From positions 1,220,963-1,284,962 of the forward strand of contig MU058781.1 in NCBI GenBank assembly GCA_013265495.1: DNA of 64,000 nt, in the 5' to 3' direction. The stretch is from Vicugna vicugna. Lineage: Eukaryota. Both the position numbers and the translations under genes were made by a program. The notes beneath the pieces were generated by a model. The model saw nothing but the letters and a program-made list of their open reading frames with translations, did not search any database and was not told the DNA's origin. Shown here in pieces: positions 48,601-61,559 of this stretch (position 1 is the first letter of the stretch; every line of letters starts with the position of its first letter).

Positions 48601-50727
48601 TCCCTTCCCAACCTGGACACTCTTCTTACATTTTCTCATCCCCTGTGAAGGCTCTGCATCTTCACACCTCTATAAACGCTTTGAAGTCAAGGAGAGAAGC
48701 ACCTTGTTCTTTATACCTTCTCCACACTCGTCTCTTGCACCTAGAAGGTACGCATTTCCTAGAGCATGCTCAACAAACCCTTGAGGAACTGAATTTATGG
48801 CTTTGGAGCTGTTTGTTCCCAAGTCAATCATCTCCCTTCCCCTACGTCTCTTGGAAGCTTGCCGGGTCCTCATGACTTTTCTTTGAGTCACTTGCTTCTC
48901 TCCCCCACATTTTCCAGGCTTATTTTTCCCACTGACCTGATGTTCTGATGTGCCCCGTGCGTATTCCTCACTTGTCTTTACTTTCTGCTCTTTCACAAAG
49001 CGAAATGTGAAATGATCCATGCTTTCATGGGCACAGCTCAGTCTTGGGTTTTTTCCCCCCTAACTGAACCATTCATGTGGAGGAAGCTTTTGATCTAGGA
49101 TTCAGATACTCAGTCACATTTTACATAACCAGAAACCACGCTAGCTGGTTATGTAAACGCTGGTTTTGACTTGAATAGCCAGACAAGAGTCTTTACAATT
49201 TAGGTTAAAGCATTGTCAGTTCCCATTCATTTCTGCTGGTCTAAATGTCAAAGTTATCCCACAAGAGCACCATCAAAGAGACTCACGGGGGTGTCAGGGA
49301 AGAATATCTGAGGATGAAAAAAAAATATTTCTGGACCAGTTTTTTGCTAATGTGTTGCTATTTTCTTATAAAATGCCTAAGAAGAGATTGAGCTGGCTTA
49401 TATAGTGTAGTGAGCAGTTGCTAGAAAAGAGAGCTCGTGGACAGAGCAGCCAGTTACAAGGCAAGGCACAGGGTCAACGTTCAGTGAAAGCATCTTCAAG
49501 TCTGTATTAAAATGTCCAGAGGAGGGGCCAAGTCTTTCAATGCTGATGAAATAAGACTTTTTTTTGTTGCTTCGATGACCTGTTGTTTTGTCAAGGACTG
49601 TTTTCTATACACACTTTCACCATCACTCAGCAGAGAAAACGCAGAACATTCCTGGAAGGGAAGTGGCAGCTAGACCCACACCCAGACAGCAAGCGGAGAA
49701 GCCCAGGAACTGAAACACAGCACCATCCTGAAGCCACACAGAAATGTCAGCGGGCACTTGGAGCTCCAAAGCCACATCTCCTGTCTCGTTTCTGAGTTGT
49801 TCAGCTTGTCCTGTCATCAGATGAAGAATTATCGTCACTGGCTCTTCAGCTCTTCTGTTGGCTTCTCCAAAACACTCGATGACTTAGAGGCTGACTTGAC
49901 CTCTTGTGTTGCAATGTGACTTCTCTTGTGTTATGATTCCTACTCCACTTGTGTGAAACTTGCAGGATTTAAGCAGTGTTGGAAGGGAGCATAGAAGAGA
50001 GAAGCTACTTTAAAATAACCAAAAAAAGGAAAATAAAAACTTGTCTTCCCCACAGCCATGAGCCGTACAAGAGCTTCTCCAGGAGAGTGATTCTCACATT
50101 TGAATCTTGCCCCAGGAAGACTCAAGGCACGAGCAAGTTGTGGAGTCGAGGGCAGGAGCACGAGGCAGTCCCTCCCTCCCTCCCTGGCCTTTCCCAGCCC
50201 TGAGTGAGGACAAGCTGGGCCCCGTGCTCTCACAGACCAGAGGGGCTCCCTTGACCCCAAAACACACCAGGGGTGGTGTTGCCTTCCAGGACCCGGGGAC
50301 TCAGTCCCCAGTCGAGGGCTGTTGGACCAGCCACCGAAGAACAAAATTTTGAGCCCTGCCTCCTGGGCCTGGAGAATGTGGTTGAGCAGCTGATCTGTGC
50401 AGAGCCACCCCTCCCCCAGTCATCTCCCGTCCAGCTGTAAAAAGAAGCGAAGGAGCGAGGCGGGCTGGCTAGCTGCCTGCACCCAGGGGACCTGTTACGT
50501 CCCTTCTGCCGGGTTTTCTGGTTCTCTTCTCAGCAGGTGATGTTCAACCTGAGCAGGGCGATTTCTCTCTTTGTGACCAGAGTCCTACAAACCTGTTCAG
50601 TTCTGGCTACAATTGTCCGTTTATTATTATGATCATTTACTGTTGAACTCAAAGCGTTTCTCCCTAAATCATGACATTCCTCAAAGGGACGGAAGTTAAG
50701 GAGTGTGATGCCTGCCTTTCAGGTGAC

Positions 50728-50850
50728 GGCTCTGGTTCGCAGCTCCGGCTTCGCATTGAAATCACCCGAGGAACCTTCCAAACTGCTGACGCAGCAAAGG
50801 GTTAAACGCACCCCAGGGGATTCTAGTCACAGCTGAGACTGAGAATCTCT
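50728..50850. mobile_element. MER5A-like hAT MITE remnant
   Basis: GCATTGAAATCACCCGAGGA..CCCCAGGGGATTCTA..TGAGAATC. Confidence 0.5.
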
Positions 50851-50979
50851 CGTTAAAAGCAAAGCGGTGAGTTAAAGCAGTCTCACTGAGGACAGCTAGG
50901 ATCCACAGGAAAGTTTGGAGGAACAGACCAGGTGGCTCTTACGGAGCTGGAAGGAACATCTGAAATTGCATAATGCTAT

Positions 50980-51130
50980 TCACTTATTTCACAGATGAGG
51001 AAGCAGGGGTGAGTGTGTAAGGGGTGGACAGACGTTCTACAGACATGCCCAAGGCCACACGGCCAGCAAAGGCCAGAGCTGGGTCCCAGGTCCCAGCTCT
51101 CTGGGCCTGGTCCGGTACTCTCTTCACCAC
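50980..51130 (-). mobile_element. MIR remnant
   Basis: ATTTCACAGATGAGGAA..GACATGCCCAAGGCCACAC..GGCCAGAGCTGGG. Confidence 0.6.
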
Positions 51131-52439
51131 GCCAGGCTGCGTCTCTATCAAGAACCTTCTTCCTTTTTTACAAAGACAGCCGAGAGAGGGTTAAAATGTC
51201 TTACCCAGAAGTCCCCTCACTTATACAGGATGAGGCACAGATAAACTGAAGAATATAATGGGTGCCTAAACCCTCAAGCCATAGCCCTCACATCCTTGCT
51301 ATTCATAGAATACTGTTTACACAAGAGCTCTTTAATGGGATCGGTGTAGGTGCGGAATAGTGTTCATTCAGTGGAAGATTGAGAAAATATTAGGGGGAAA
51401 TCTGCTTCTCCTCTCATTATTAATTTGTAATGAGTCTTTAATACAGCCACAAAGCAAAACATCTTTGACTACCTGTTAAGCCAATGGAAATAATGAGAAA
51501 AAAATCAGTGTACTAAAAAGCATTTTAGAGACAATTACCAGGGATGGATTTCATAGTGAAAATTCTATCAGAAAAAACTCAAACAAAAACTCTTGGTAAC
51601 AAAGCACATGACCTAAACTTAAAAGTATTCTTAGACAAAAAGGAAAGTTATAATGATATATTAAGTGAGAAGTGTATCAGTTAATGAATAGAATATAATC
51701 AGCATAGTGATTTAAAGTTTAACTGGTAATTTATTTACAATTTTATCAATTGAAAAGGAAAAGGAATCAATACACTGCATGAGAAGAGAAAAGGATGGAG
51801 AATTTGGTGATTTAGATGCGTATTTACATGGGAAAATGTCTCAGATCCTCTGGGATGATAAAATGTCTATTGAGAGCAACATAAAAGGAAGATGATGGGA
51901 AATTTAATAAACCCAAATTATGGAATGTGTTTCTTTCCACAGCACAATTTGGTTGTGATTACATCCAATAGATAAAGAAAGATAAAGAAATGCAACAGGA
52001 AAAAAAAGAAAACATTTCATCCTCTTGCTGAAAAGTATCTGATAAACAAGCAGTAACATTTATGCTTAGATGGCTGTTCTTTGCATGTAGTCATATTTTG
52101 TTAACATGAAAGACCAGACAGCTAAAGCTAAGGACACAAGCAGATATAATTCGAGTGGGAGCTGGACCTGGAGGTGGGTGGGCAGGGAAGAGCCCTGAGG
52201 TCTGGGAGCCTCCAACTCTCTGTTCGCAGACCTGGAATTAAGTGACAGGTTCAGAGAACAGAGCTCTTGTTCTGCAGCTGGAGACAAGTTGAGCAGGTTT
52301 CTGGCCCAAACAGGGAACTCACGGAAATGCCCATCTCTCCACAGTCAACTATTAGAAAAATAGTGTAGATGACAGATCTGGAAGGACCCACTGAAAGCCT
52401 GGTTGAAACATTTAGTTGCAAAAGAACACTAATAGAACA

Positions 52440-53500
52440 GTACAGCCGGGGGGGAAACGCACTCCGGCCATCCCCCCAGCGGCCCGGGAGCAGACGTCAC
52501 GAACCATCCGGAGCTGAACCCGGGGCACGTGCTGATCGGCCGGTGGGCTCTTCCCCCCCCCTGCCCCCCCCGCCCTGTGTTCCCCGAACGGAGCGTCCCC
52601 ACAGCTGTGTGGACCGGCTTGTGGCACGGTGTTGTGTCTGTTAAATATAATTAAGAGCTGCTTGCTCTAGGGGAAATGCAGGATTTGATTAAGGGGGCGT
52701 ATTTCTTCTTCCTTTCTTCTTTCTTGTTTTTGTTCAGCCTTATCCACATTTTTTTAAACTGTTTTTTAACTCATGTCACATTCTGGGGCAATTTTCGCTT
52801 TTTGTTGGAGACAACCGAATGCCCAAGGCGCATATTTATGGCATGGGAGGAGTGTGTGTGTGTGTGTGTGTGTGTGTCTGTTTGAGATGGAATAAAAGGG
52901 AGCTGGACAGGGGAACTCTTCCCAAACTGGTTTATTTGGGACCCCTGAAAAACAAAAAAACAAACAAACCAAAATTCATAGAACCAAAACTGACTGCAGC
53001 AGCTTATGAAGAGCTCCGAGCAAATGTCAAGCAGCGGCCCCCAGGCTCTGAATGGCATTTGCACTCCGCAGCTATTATTTCTTTGTTAACAAGTCGACCC
53101 TCCCAGTGGTCTCTGTGGCTTCACTGTTACGTACGGCGATGGCGCGGCCGCGGAGGGTGGGCTGCACAAGGAGGAGATGTGACACCAGCCATCAATCTTT
53201 TACAAACCACAAGTTCTAAAAGAGCAGCCGATTTATGAGCAGCCCAGTCCGGCGAGCCCCAGCCAGGGACTGCAAAGACCCAGGATCCTGGGGAGAGGGT
53301 GGGGGGGCCCGGGAGCGCTGTCAGAACCCAAGGATGTGGAGGCAAAATAACATGACAAAATAGATCTTCCTCGCGGGCTAATCATTCTAATGATCATCTC
53401 ACATGATTTCAACAGCATTTTTCAGCTTTTTTCTCCTTTAAAAAAGTGAAATAAAGATGACATGCCAATAAATGTGACAGATCAATATTGGAGTATGCAT
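52440..53500. promoter_or_regulatory. Putative enhancer/promoter: CpG-rich patch plus homeodomain-motif block
   Basis: About 18 CpGs in 52440-52630; CRE-like, E-box, HOX/PBX and MEIS motifs; no transposon recognised. Confidence 0.4.
52852..52877. repeat. (GT)13 microsatellite
   Basis: Direct reading. Confidence 0.95.
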
Positions 53501-53792
53501 ATATTTAGCGGATACTCCAATAAGAACATTTCTATTTACTCAGTTCTCGGTGGGGTTCAGTGTGTATTTGGAGCTTCTGCTCTGTGAGGTGGGCGGGGCC
53601 TTGAATACAGCAGATTCAGTAAATATGAGGGTATCAAATTGGTGGCATTCTATATACCTGAGGTTTTTCTTTAAACTCTTTCTTTTCCTTCTACTGTTCC
53701 ATCAATTATCAAATGCTCTTGGTACAGCCCCAGAAATGTTTTTCTTTGTTTGTTTTAAATTTCTATACACTTGACACTTATCTATGTCTCCC

Positions 53793-54105
53793 AGTTTTAT
53801 TGAGATACAGCACAGTAAACATTTAAGGGGTACAGCATAATGACTTGACTTACATACCTCCTGGAATGATGATCACAGTAAGTTTAGTGAGTGTCCATCC
53901 TCCCGTATAGATGCAAAATAAAAGAAAGAAAAAAATTTTTCCTTGCAGTGAGAACTCTTAGGATTTACCCTCTTAACTTTCACATATAACGTACCGCAGT
54001 GAAAATTATATTTATCATGTGTGCATTACACCCCGAGGCCTTACTTACCTTATAGATGGGAGCTTGTACCCTTTGACACCTTCATCTAGTTTCCTCTCCC
54101 AACTG
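53793..54105 (-). mobile_element. L1 (L1MA9-like) 3' end
   Basis: TTTTATTGAGATA..GTACAGCATAATGA..AATGATGATCACAGTAAGTTTAGT..GAGAACTCTTAGGATTTAC..TTGTACCCTTTGAC. Confidence 0.75.
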
Positions 54106-54649
54106 TCCCCTCAATGTTTTAAAATCAGTATTTCCTTTTCTATCCCCAACAATTACCATGTGATGCCTCAAGTATCACAACAGCTACCTGGCCACTCTGC
54201 CACCTTCTAGTTCATCAGATTATTCTTCCTGAGTGTTTCCAAGCTCCAAAACCTTTCAATCACTTCCTAGTGCCTTTGGGGTAAAGCTTGAATCCCTCTG
54301 CTGGTGTCCTGGACCCGTCACAATTCCATCAAGAGGAAGACACTGCTTCCTTGCTGGTCTTTGCAGCAAACTGCAGTTTTCTACCACTGTAGCTTATTTG
54401 ATCTGTTCACCCAGTCTGCCCTAGCTAGGACAGGTCCCAGCCTCCTTTGCCTTCATCCTTCCATCCCTCCCTGCTTCACGGTCAAGTCTCACCTCTTCTA
54501 TGGAATCTGCCCTCTTCTCTTTCTCCTGAGGTAGACTCTCAGAATCCCAGTTGCTCAATACTGTCTGTTTCACTGTCACCACCCATTCCAGGCAGTTGGG
54601 ATAATCTCCTCACTCAAGTATTACCATGCCTTCTTGATAAATATATACA

Positions 54650-55160
54650 TATATGAATATTATTCAGCCATTATATATATATAAAGCATATATTATATAT
54701 ATATTAAAATAGAATGAAATAATGCCATTTGCAGCAACATGGATGAATACAGAGATTATCATACTAAGTGGAGTAAGTCAGACAAAGACAAATATCACAC
54801 AATATCACTTACATGTGGAATCTAAAAAATATATATATACAAATGTTATTTACAGACCAAAAATAGACTCACAGACATATAAAACCAAAGAGGAAAGAGC
54901 GCAGGAGGGATAAATCAGGAATTTGGGATTAGCAGATACACACTATTATATACAAAATATATAAGCAACAAGGACTTACTGTACTATAGCACAGGGAACT
55001 ATATGCAATTTCTATAATAACATATAATGGAAAAGAATCTGAAAAAATATATGTATGTATGTGTATGTATAACTGAATCGCTTTGCTGTACACCTGAAAC
55101 TAACATTGTAAATCAACTACACTTCAATCAAAAACAAAAGTTAAACAAACAAAAAAAAAC
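54650..55160 (+). mobile_element. L1 3' end (ORF2 C-terminus remnant and 3' UTR)
   Basis: AATGAAATAATGCCATTTGCAGCAACATGGATG (MPFAATWM, L1 ORF2p C-terminus), TAGCACAGGGAACTATA, A-rich tail. Confidence 0.9.
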
Positions 55161-55504
55161 TTCTCTTCTTGAGCTGCTCTCCATTCATTAATTCATTAAT
55201 CCATGCTTTCATTCAACAACCATTTATGGACTCCCTATTATGTGCCAGGAACCATGCAAAGTCCCTTACAGAATAATTTAGAAAGAGTCTACTTTCCAGG
55301 CTCTCTTAATCACGGGAAGGGAAGGGAAGTAGTAACGCACTATGCTAGTTCAGTAACGCATCTTCACATGCATATGTTTGTGATTTTCATATTGTTCGGC
55401 ACATAAATTTCTTGAGGCTAGAGACTATACTGTGGACTTCTTTCGTGAGCCCTAGGAACCTTATTGAGCATAATACCTGGACTTTGAAATATACTCACTG
55501 AAAG

Positions 55505-55775
55505 TTCATGAATGTTTCAATAACAGACTTTGGCTCAAAATTATCTGGATAACTGTCAGTAGCCCTTCATTCTGCCAGGGGAAAAAAAATTCAGATCTGA
55601 AATGAGACTTATAAGCGCAGAATATTTCTGAAAGGATCCACAAATTACTGGTTGCTTCAGGAAAGGAGAAGTAGTTGGCTGAAGAATGGGGTAAGAACAT
55701 GAGTCTATGGACACATATGTGTACTTCTGAATTTTGTACCATGTGAGTGAGTTATTGAAAATCAAATTAAATGGT
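55505..55775 (+). mobile_element. Old L1 (L1ME-type) 3' UTR remnant
   Basis: TCTGAAAGGATCCACAAA..GGTTGCTTCAGG..TGTACTTCTGAATTTTGTACCATGTG. Confidence 0.5.
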
Positions 55776-58700
55776 ACATTCTATTCCCTGCAGTTCCAAT
55801 AAATCAATAGGGACAAAACTCAAGGTGGCCAATTTTCCTGTGTTTTTGGTCCTCTTGACAATGGTTGGTGAAATGATGACTTAGAAAATCTTTACTATAA
55901 ATGAGAAAAATTACAGGAAGAATGTAGGCGTAGGAATGCAGGTGAATCCATAATGCACAACGGCATTTCAAAATAATTCTTAGCTCCCTCTTGTATTTGA
56001 TAGATTTGCTTCTAGCCTGGATTCAAGTGTGACCCCAGAAGGAACAAATCCTCAGGCTTGGCATCAGCCACCTGTGGTTCTACTGGCCCCAGTGCTCTTT
56101 GCCCACTCTGATGATGACCAGCAGCTGTCTGTGGGGTGTTCTCGAAGCATTCTGGCCCCTGCCTTGGCCACGTCTGTCATGGAGCTCGTAAGCCTGGACC
56201 AGCTGAGCCCCACTTGATGCCCACTTCACTCTTGAACATCCCTAGGGATCTATTCACCTTTCATCCCACGAGAAGGGTCTGCGTTTAGGATGCTGGCCAT
56301 GATGCTAAGAAGATCCGCTGACAAGCATTTAGTTGAATGACAGAATACTGATCCCATTCTTTTCTACCTATCTGCCCAACAGATGGGCATCTTACTTTTT
56401 TTGAGAAGCAAGAACATTTTTCTATGGGCAGGCTTTGTGTAAAATATCATACAACAGACAGTTATTAACAGAATACGTCTTTTAACAAAGCACCGTGTGC
56501 CCAGATGACATCAAACCCAGCATCCTACTCTCGGAGTTGTTAATTAAAATTAAGAAGTATCCAGACTCTATTGACCACCTATTGGCTGTCTGCTTCTTTT
56601 TTTTTTTTTCCTTTGTGAAAATCACAGTCAACCCACTTGTGATCATGTTCCCACTGGCATGCCTGGAAACTATTAAAAACAGATGTCCAGACCGAGCTCC
56701 TGACAGCTGGGGACAGAGCAACCCTGGCTGGTCAGAAACATTTCCCTGCGTTTGGAGAATAAGCTCCCTTCAGGTGTCTTTTCTGGTTTTCTTGTAATAC
56801 CGAATATATACCTTCCAAATAATAAACCAAAGGCAGCTTGTATTTGTATTTGTTTTGACATCGTTTTTGTTTCATAATTTGCTTTAACTGGTTCTGAAAT
56901 ATGAACCCTTATCTTGAGCTGTTGAGTCCTTCATAAAGATCACAGTGAGACCACACATTTATACACTGAAACTAGAGATTTGTCTTTGTGTACATTACCC
57001 ACCCTGGAAATGCCAGATCCTTCTTGGCTGCATCCAATAAATACCCAATTATTAGGGGAAGAAAGAGAGGAAGAAGAAGAACTATATTTAAAGCAAATTT
57101 TATTTGCCTTCACTGTTACTGTGAATTCGGTATCTGGTTACTGTTGTTTTGCTTTAAATTTGGTTACTGTTCCTCTGGTATTTGCAGTTTCTGAAATTAT
57201 TTGAACCAAAGCAACATTGGTCCCAGCTTTATTGGATCATAAGGAAAGTGGGTCTGATTTTAGTCATACTATCAAAACATGAGAGCAGACTTTCTGCATG
57301 AATAATGGGTGATGAGTGGAGGATCCCAAAGAATTGACTTGTCTGAAGAAATATTTAAAACTGAGTGGAATGTGGCACTGTTTACTCCTAAATCATTACA
57401 TTCTGAGAACTGGTGCCATGCTAATAGTCTATTTCCCAGTTACGTGGGGAAGGATTTTAACTCACCCCAATTTGGAAGGAATGGGTTTTATCTGCAAGTG
57501 TTGAGATCTTCAGAGCAAGTATATAAATGAAAGATGGACTGAATGGCTTTCTCTTCTGCTTCTCCTGTGCCCCACCCTCCTCTACCCAGCGCCTCACTCC
57601 CCATAACCTGCTATGAATGCTTCTGTCTTTCCTCTCAGGCAGCAGATCTGGGAAGGAGGGGGCCAGAAGAAGCCCATAGTGGAGGAGGGTTTCGAGCCTC
57701 CAGAAGGTGTGTGGGGCTTACTGGGAGCCATGGCTTTGCCCAGGGTTCACCTGGTGTCCTGGGGTCACCAGGAGGCCCCACCTACCTATGCCCGCTTTCA
57801 AGGGGTTAACTTCACAGTAACTCTCCAAGTGGCCACAGAGACCCATAGTACAGTATGAAATGGGGCCTTTTTCTTTTTTTCTCTAGGCCCAGGAAGTCAC
57901 ATATTTAGTACTTTTATGACAATGAAGCAGAAAACCAAATTGTCAGCTCCAAAAGAAACAGAAATGGCCATATATGATGTTGACCTCTGTCTCACTATTT
58001 TTCTGCTTTCAGGAGCTCCATTAAACCTTAGAAAAATCTTTGTCGATTTTTTAAACCTGTAGGTAATTACCGATTACAGTTTTCATATCTTTATGATATT
58101 TCCAGATTTTTCTTTACTAAGATTGAGACAACCTTCACACACTTTGGTATAAAGAATTACCGATAAATAAGGAAACACTTTCTGGTCATTTCATTTAAAA
58201 AAAACATAGAATGATAATTATAAATAAACAAACATTTATTTTGAGACCATACAAAGAAGGACAGCTACTAAAGAAATAAGCTGCCTTTCAGACGGCAGGA
58301 TGAGAATACAAAATATTTTTATGAGAATTTGTTTTTTAAATAGAGCTGTTTGGAGTCTTGTGGATAAATATTTTTAAGTCACCATGATTCACGGAGGACT
58401 GACGTCCTTTGTACCATCGCCCTTTGTGTTTCCTTACCTACGCTTCCAAACGCTAAGTCAAAAGCATCCCCTGGTCCTGAAATATTAGGAATACATCAAC
58501 ACGCAAAGAGAAAGAACCCAGTCACACTCAGGTTTGGGAGTCAAAATTGACCTATAAGATTCATAATGTAGGTAACAGTCCTACACGCCAAAAGTTTTGG
58601 TTTCAAGAGCTGGGTTTCTGAGTTTCAGTAGACTAAGCCGACAGAAGCACATAAAGTTTATGACATAAACAGCAGATTGGAAAGAGTACAGCAGGAAACT

Positions 58701-60104
58701 AAATCACAGCTCCGTTGACTAAGATGGGAAATTAGGAAAAAGGGGCAATGATGATGATAATGATGACGAAGGTCTGCAAGAAATGTCTCTGTACCCGGTC
58801 CTATGACCACCGCAGGCAAACTCTGGAAGGAGAGGAACTGATAGATATTCTGGATAGGTCTATGAGAGCAGGGGAGACTGGGACTGCTCAGAGGAGCCCG
58901 GGAAGTTGAGAAACCTCCAGGAGAAGTCACCTTTGCCAGCAAGCTGTGGCAGCAAGAGATGAAACGGTGCTGGGTCTGCGGCAGCCCCAAATCTCAGCCC
59001 CGGCGGGTGAGGGAAAGCTTCTACAAATTTCCCTTGTCCCTACCTTCAAAAAGGGAGCAAAGGGCTGGGCAAGCCAGGGAGCCAGGAAGAGCTTCAAAAT
59101 CAAAATGGGTTTTAAGATGAGAGTGTGTGAACCCACAGCCAGAAACAATGGTGTGACTATGCTCAACTCAAGGAATGCGCCACTGAACAGACAGTGAACA
59201 CAGCAGGTCAGATGCCCCTCCTCTCCAATTCACTGACAATACACAGCCCTCGCCTGCGTTTCAGATACAGCCCCAGGGAGAATTTACCCGTAAGGGACTA
59301 GGTTTCAGTGTCCATCCTTAGGTGGAGTAAAGACTCAATTTAGAAATTAAGTGCAGTCAGTTACAATGTGTCAATACTTTAATTTAAGAATACATATATA
59401 AAGAAATTAAGTGGAGGTTTTTTTTTTAAGTTATAGTTTTTGCACACTTAAGTTTGTGGATAGTGAAAATTACATAGTTACCACCCTGCACTGACCAGGA
59501 AATAATAAATACACACAAATGGCCACATAATAAAGACTGTTTAAAAATCTTAATATCCTAATGAGCCAAGATGGGTCATCCCTGGTAGGTCACCCTTGGG
59601 GCTGCTTTAGAAATAAGCTTGGTAAAATTTAAGCAAGGATATAAGAACCCCAAAGTAAGTAAGTAATTATCTTATTCTTTTTCTTTTTTTCTTTCTTTTT
59701 TTTTTTTTTTTTTTTTTTTGAAATGATCAGATGGTTTTTGTTAATGAACTGATTCTGGTCTGAGCACCACAAATTAAAATAAAAAATCAGGACTGTAGAA
59801 AGTAGAAGAAATGAAAACCTAAGATCATGATGCAGACAGTGGAGGGAAAAACTAAGCGATAGCTTTCCGTAGCTTAGAACACCACAAGGGCTGAGCACCT
59901 TCACAGTGATAGTGAGCACTTGATATGTGTTGTTTGAATAAGTAACTACATTTTTAGGGTGTCCTCAAAGTCACTACCAATTCTCCCCCTCTTCATCCTT
60001 CTCCCCCTTCCATGCAAAGAAAGCAATATTTGAGACCTTTTAATTCAATTCGTGTTGCTTTCTGAATTTTTCTATCCTCATCCATGGGCTGATTATTTTG
60101 TCTA

Positions 60105-61420
60105 TTCATTCACCCACTAAACAACTATACACTGAATGCCCAGTAAGTGCCAAGCATAGTTCTAGGTTCTGAGAAGACGCCAGTGAACAAGAGAGGCAAA
60201 ACGTCCTGCCTGAGGAAGCTTGCATTCTAACTGGAGTGCCGGATGTTATGCAAAAGTAAACATGTTGGAAGATGAGCTCAGTGGAGAACAGTAGAGTCGG
60301 GGAGAGAGCAGAGGGGACCGGAGGGAGAAGCAATCGTCTTAATACAATGGCCTGAAAATACACCACGGAGATGGTGGCACTGGAGTAGACACCTGAAGGA
60401 GGCCAGGAGTGGACTGTGCAGAGACTCGGTGGGGGGGAAGCACCCCTGGTGGCAGTAACATGAAGTGTCAAAGCCTTGAAGGGGCGCGCCTGCTATGCTC
60501 GTGGACCCGCAGAGACACCAGCATGGCTGGGGCACAGGGGATGCTAAGGACAGTAGTAGGAAATGAGGTCAGAGCAGTAATGGGAACCAGACTGTAAGGC
60601 CTGTAGAGCACTGTGAAGACGCTGGCTTTTTACTCTGGAGGACCGTAAGCACAGGGGTGACATGATCTGAGTTACATCTTAACAGGACCACCCTGGCTGC
60701 TGGGTTGAGAACAGACTGAAGCGGGGGCAATGGCAGAGTCAGGAAGAGCATTTAGGATTTTTTAAGTAATTCAGGCAAGAGATTAGAGTAACACGGATTA
60801 GACAGACAGCCCTGGAGGTAATAGGAAATGGTCAGATTCTAGATATATTTTGTGGGTTTTTTCTTCTTTCTTTAAGCTGGGGAGGTAGTTAGGTTTATTT
60901 ATTTTATTCTTGGAGGAGGTGCTGGGGATCGAACCCAGGTCCTTGTGTATGCTAAGCATGTGCTCTACCACTGAGCCATACCCTCCCCCCCCAGATATAT
61001 TTTGAAGATAAAACTGACAAGATTTATTTATGGATTAAATGTGGGGTGGGGAAAAAAAAAGGAGTCAGTGATGACTCTGAATTAGGAGAACCAGAAGGAT
61101 ACAATTGCTATTCATTAAAAGGAGGATATTGAAGAAATCATTCTAAGGGCAAAGAGCTGACGCTCAGCTGGAGATACCTATTAGATGTCCAAGTGGAAAA
61201 GTCAAGTAGGCAGTTGTCTACAGACCTAGGCTGGAGAAATAAACGGAGGCTGATCAGTATGTTAATGGATTTAGACCTATGAGGCTAGGTGAGGTCATCA
61301 AAGGAGGGCATATAGATAGAAAAGAATTCTGAGACTTGGGCCTTAGGGAACTCCAGGGATAAAGGTCAAGAAGATGAGAAGGAACAAGCAATGTGACTTC
61401 ATTTGAGGTATGAGAAAAAA
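60105..61420 (-). mobile_element. L2 LINE fragment (interrupted by a SINE)
   Basis: ATTCATTCA..TGTGCCAAGCA..GAAGCTTGCATTCTA..AAATGAGGTCAGAG..GACATGATCTGA..AGATGTCCAAGTGGA..GTCAAGTAGGCAGTTG. Confidence 0.8.
60853..60992 (-). mobile_element. tRNA-Ala-derived SINE (vic-1-like)
   Basis: Reverse complement GGGTATGGCTCAGTGGTAGAGCACATGCTTAGCAT..GGGTTCGATCCCCAG; exact 12-bp TSD AGATATATTTTG (60841-60852 / 60993-61004). Confidence 0.92.
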
Positions 61421-61559
61421 CCAGAAGAAAGGATCGTCCTGGAAACAAATCACTTAGGGAATAGCATCGATTTTGGCTGCTGGCTGCCTTGAGAGCATCT
61501 CCTGCTCTTGAGTGACCTTGAAGAGTCATAAGAGGTGTGAGGTGCAGCAGAGAAAACAC

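Noticed and set aside
58780..59200. Possible ancient Gypsy-type LTR remnants (also ~20650-21200 and ~29700-30200)
   Set aside because: Only a compositional impression; I could not identify termini or diagnostic motifs. An nhmmer search against Dfam is needed.
930..60992. Seven tRNA-Ala(AGC)-like sequences as tRNA genes
   Set aside because: They have G-rich 5' extensions, A-rich tails, target-site duplications and stem mismatches, so they are SINEs.
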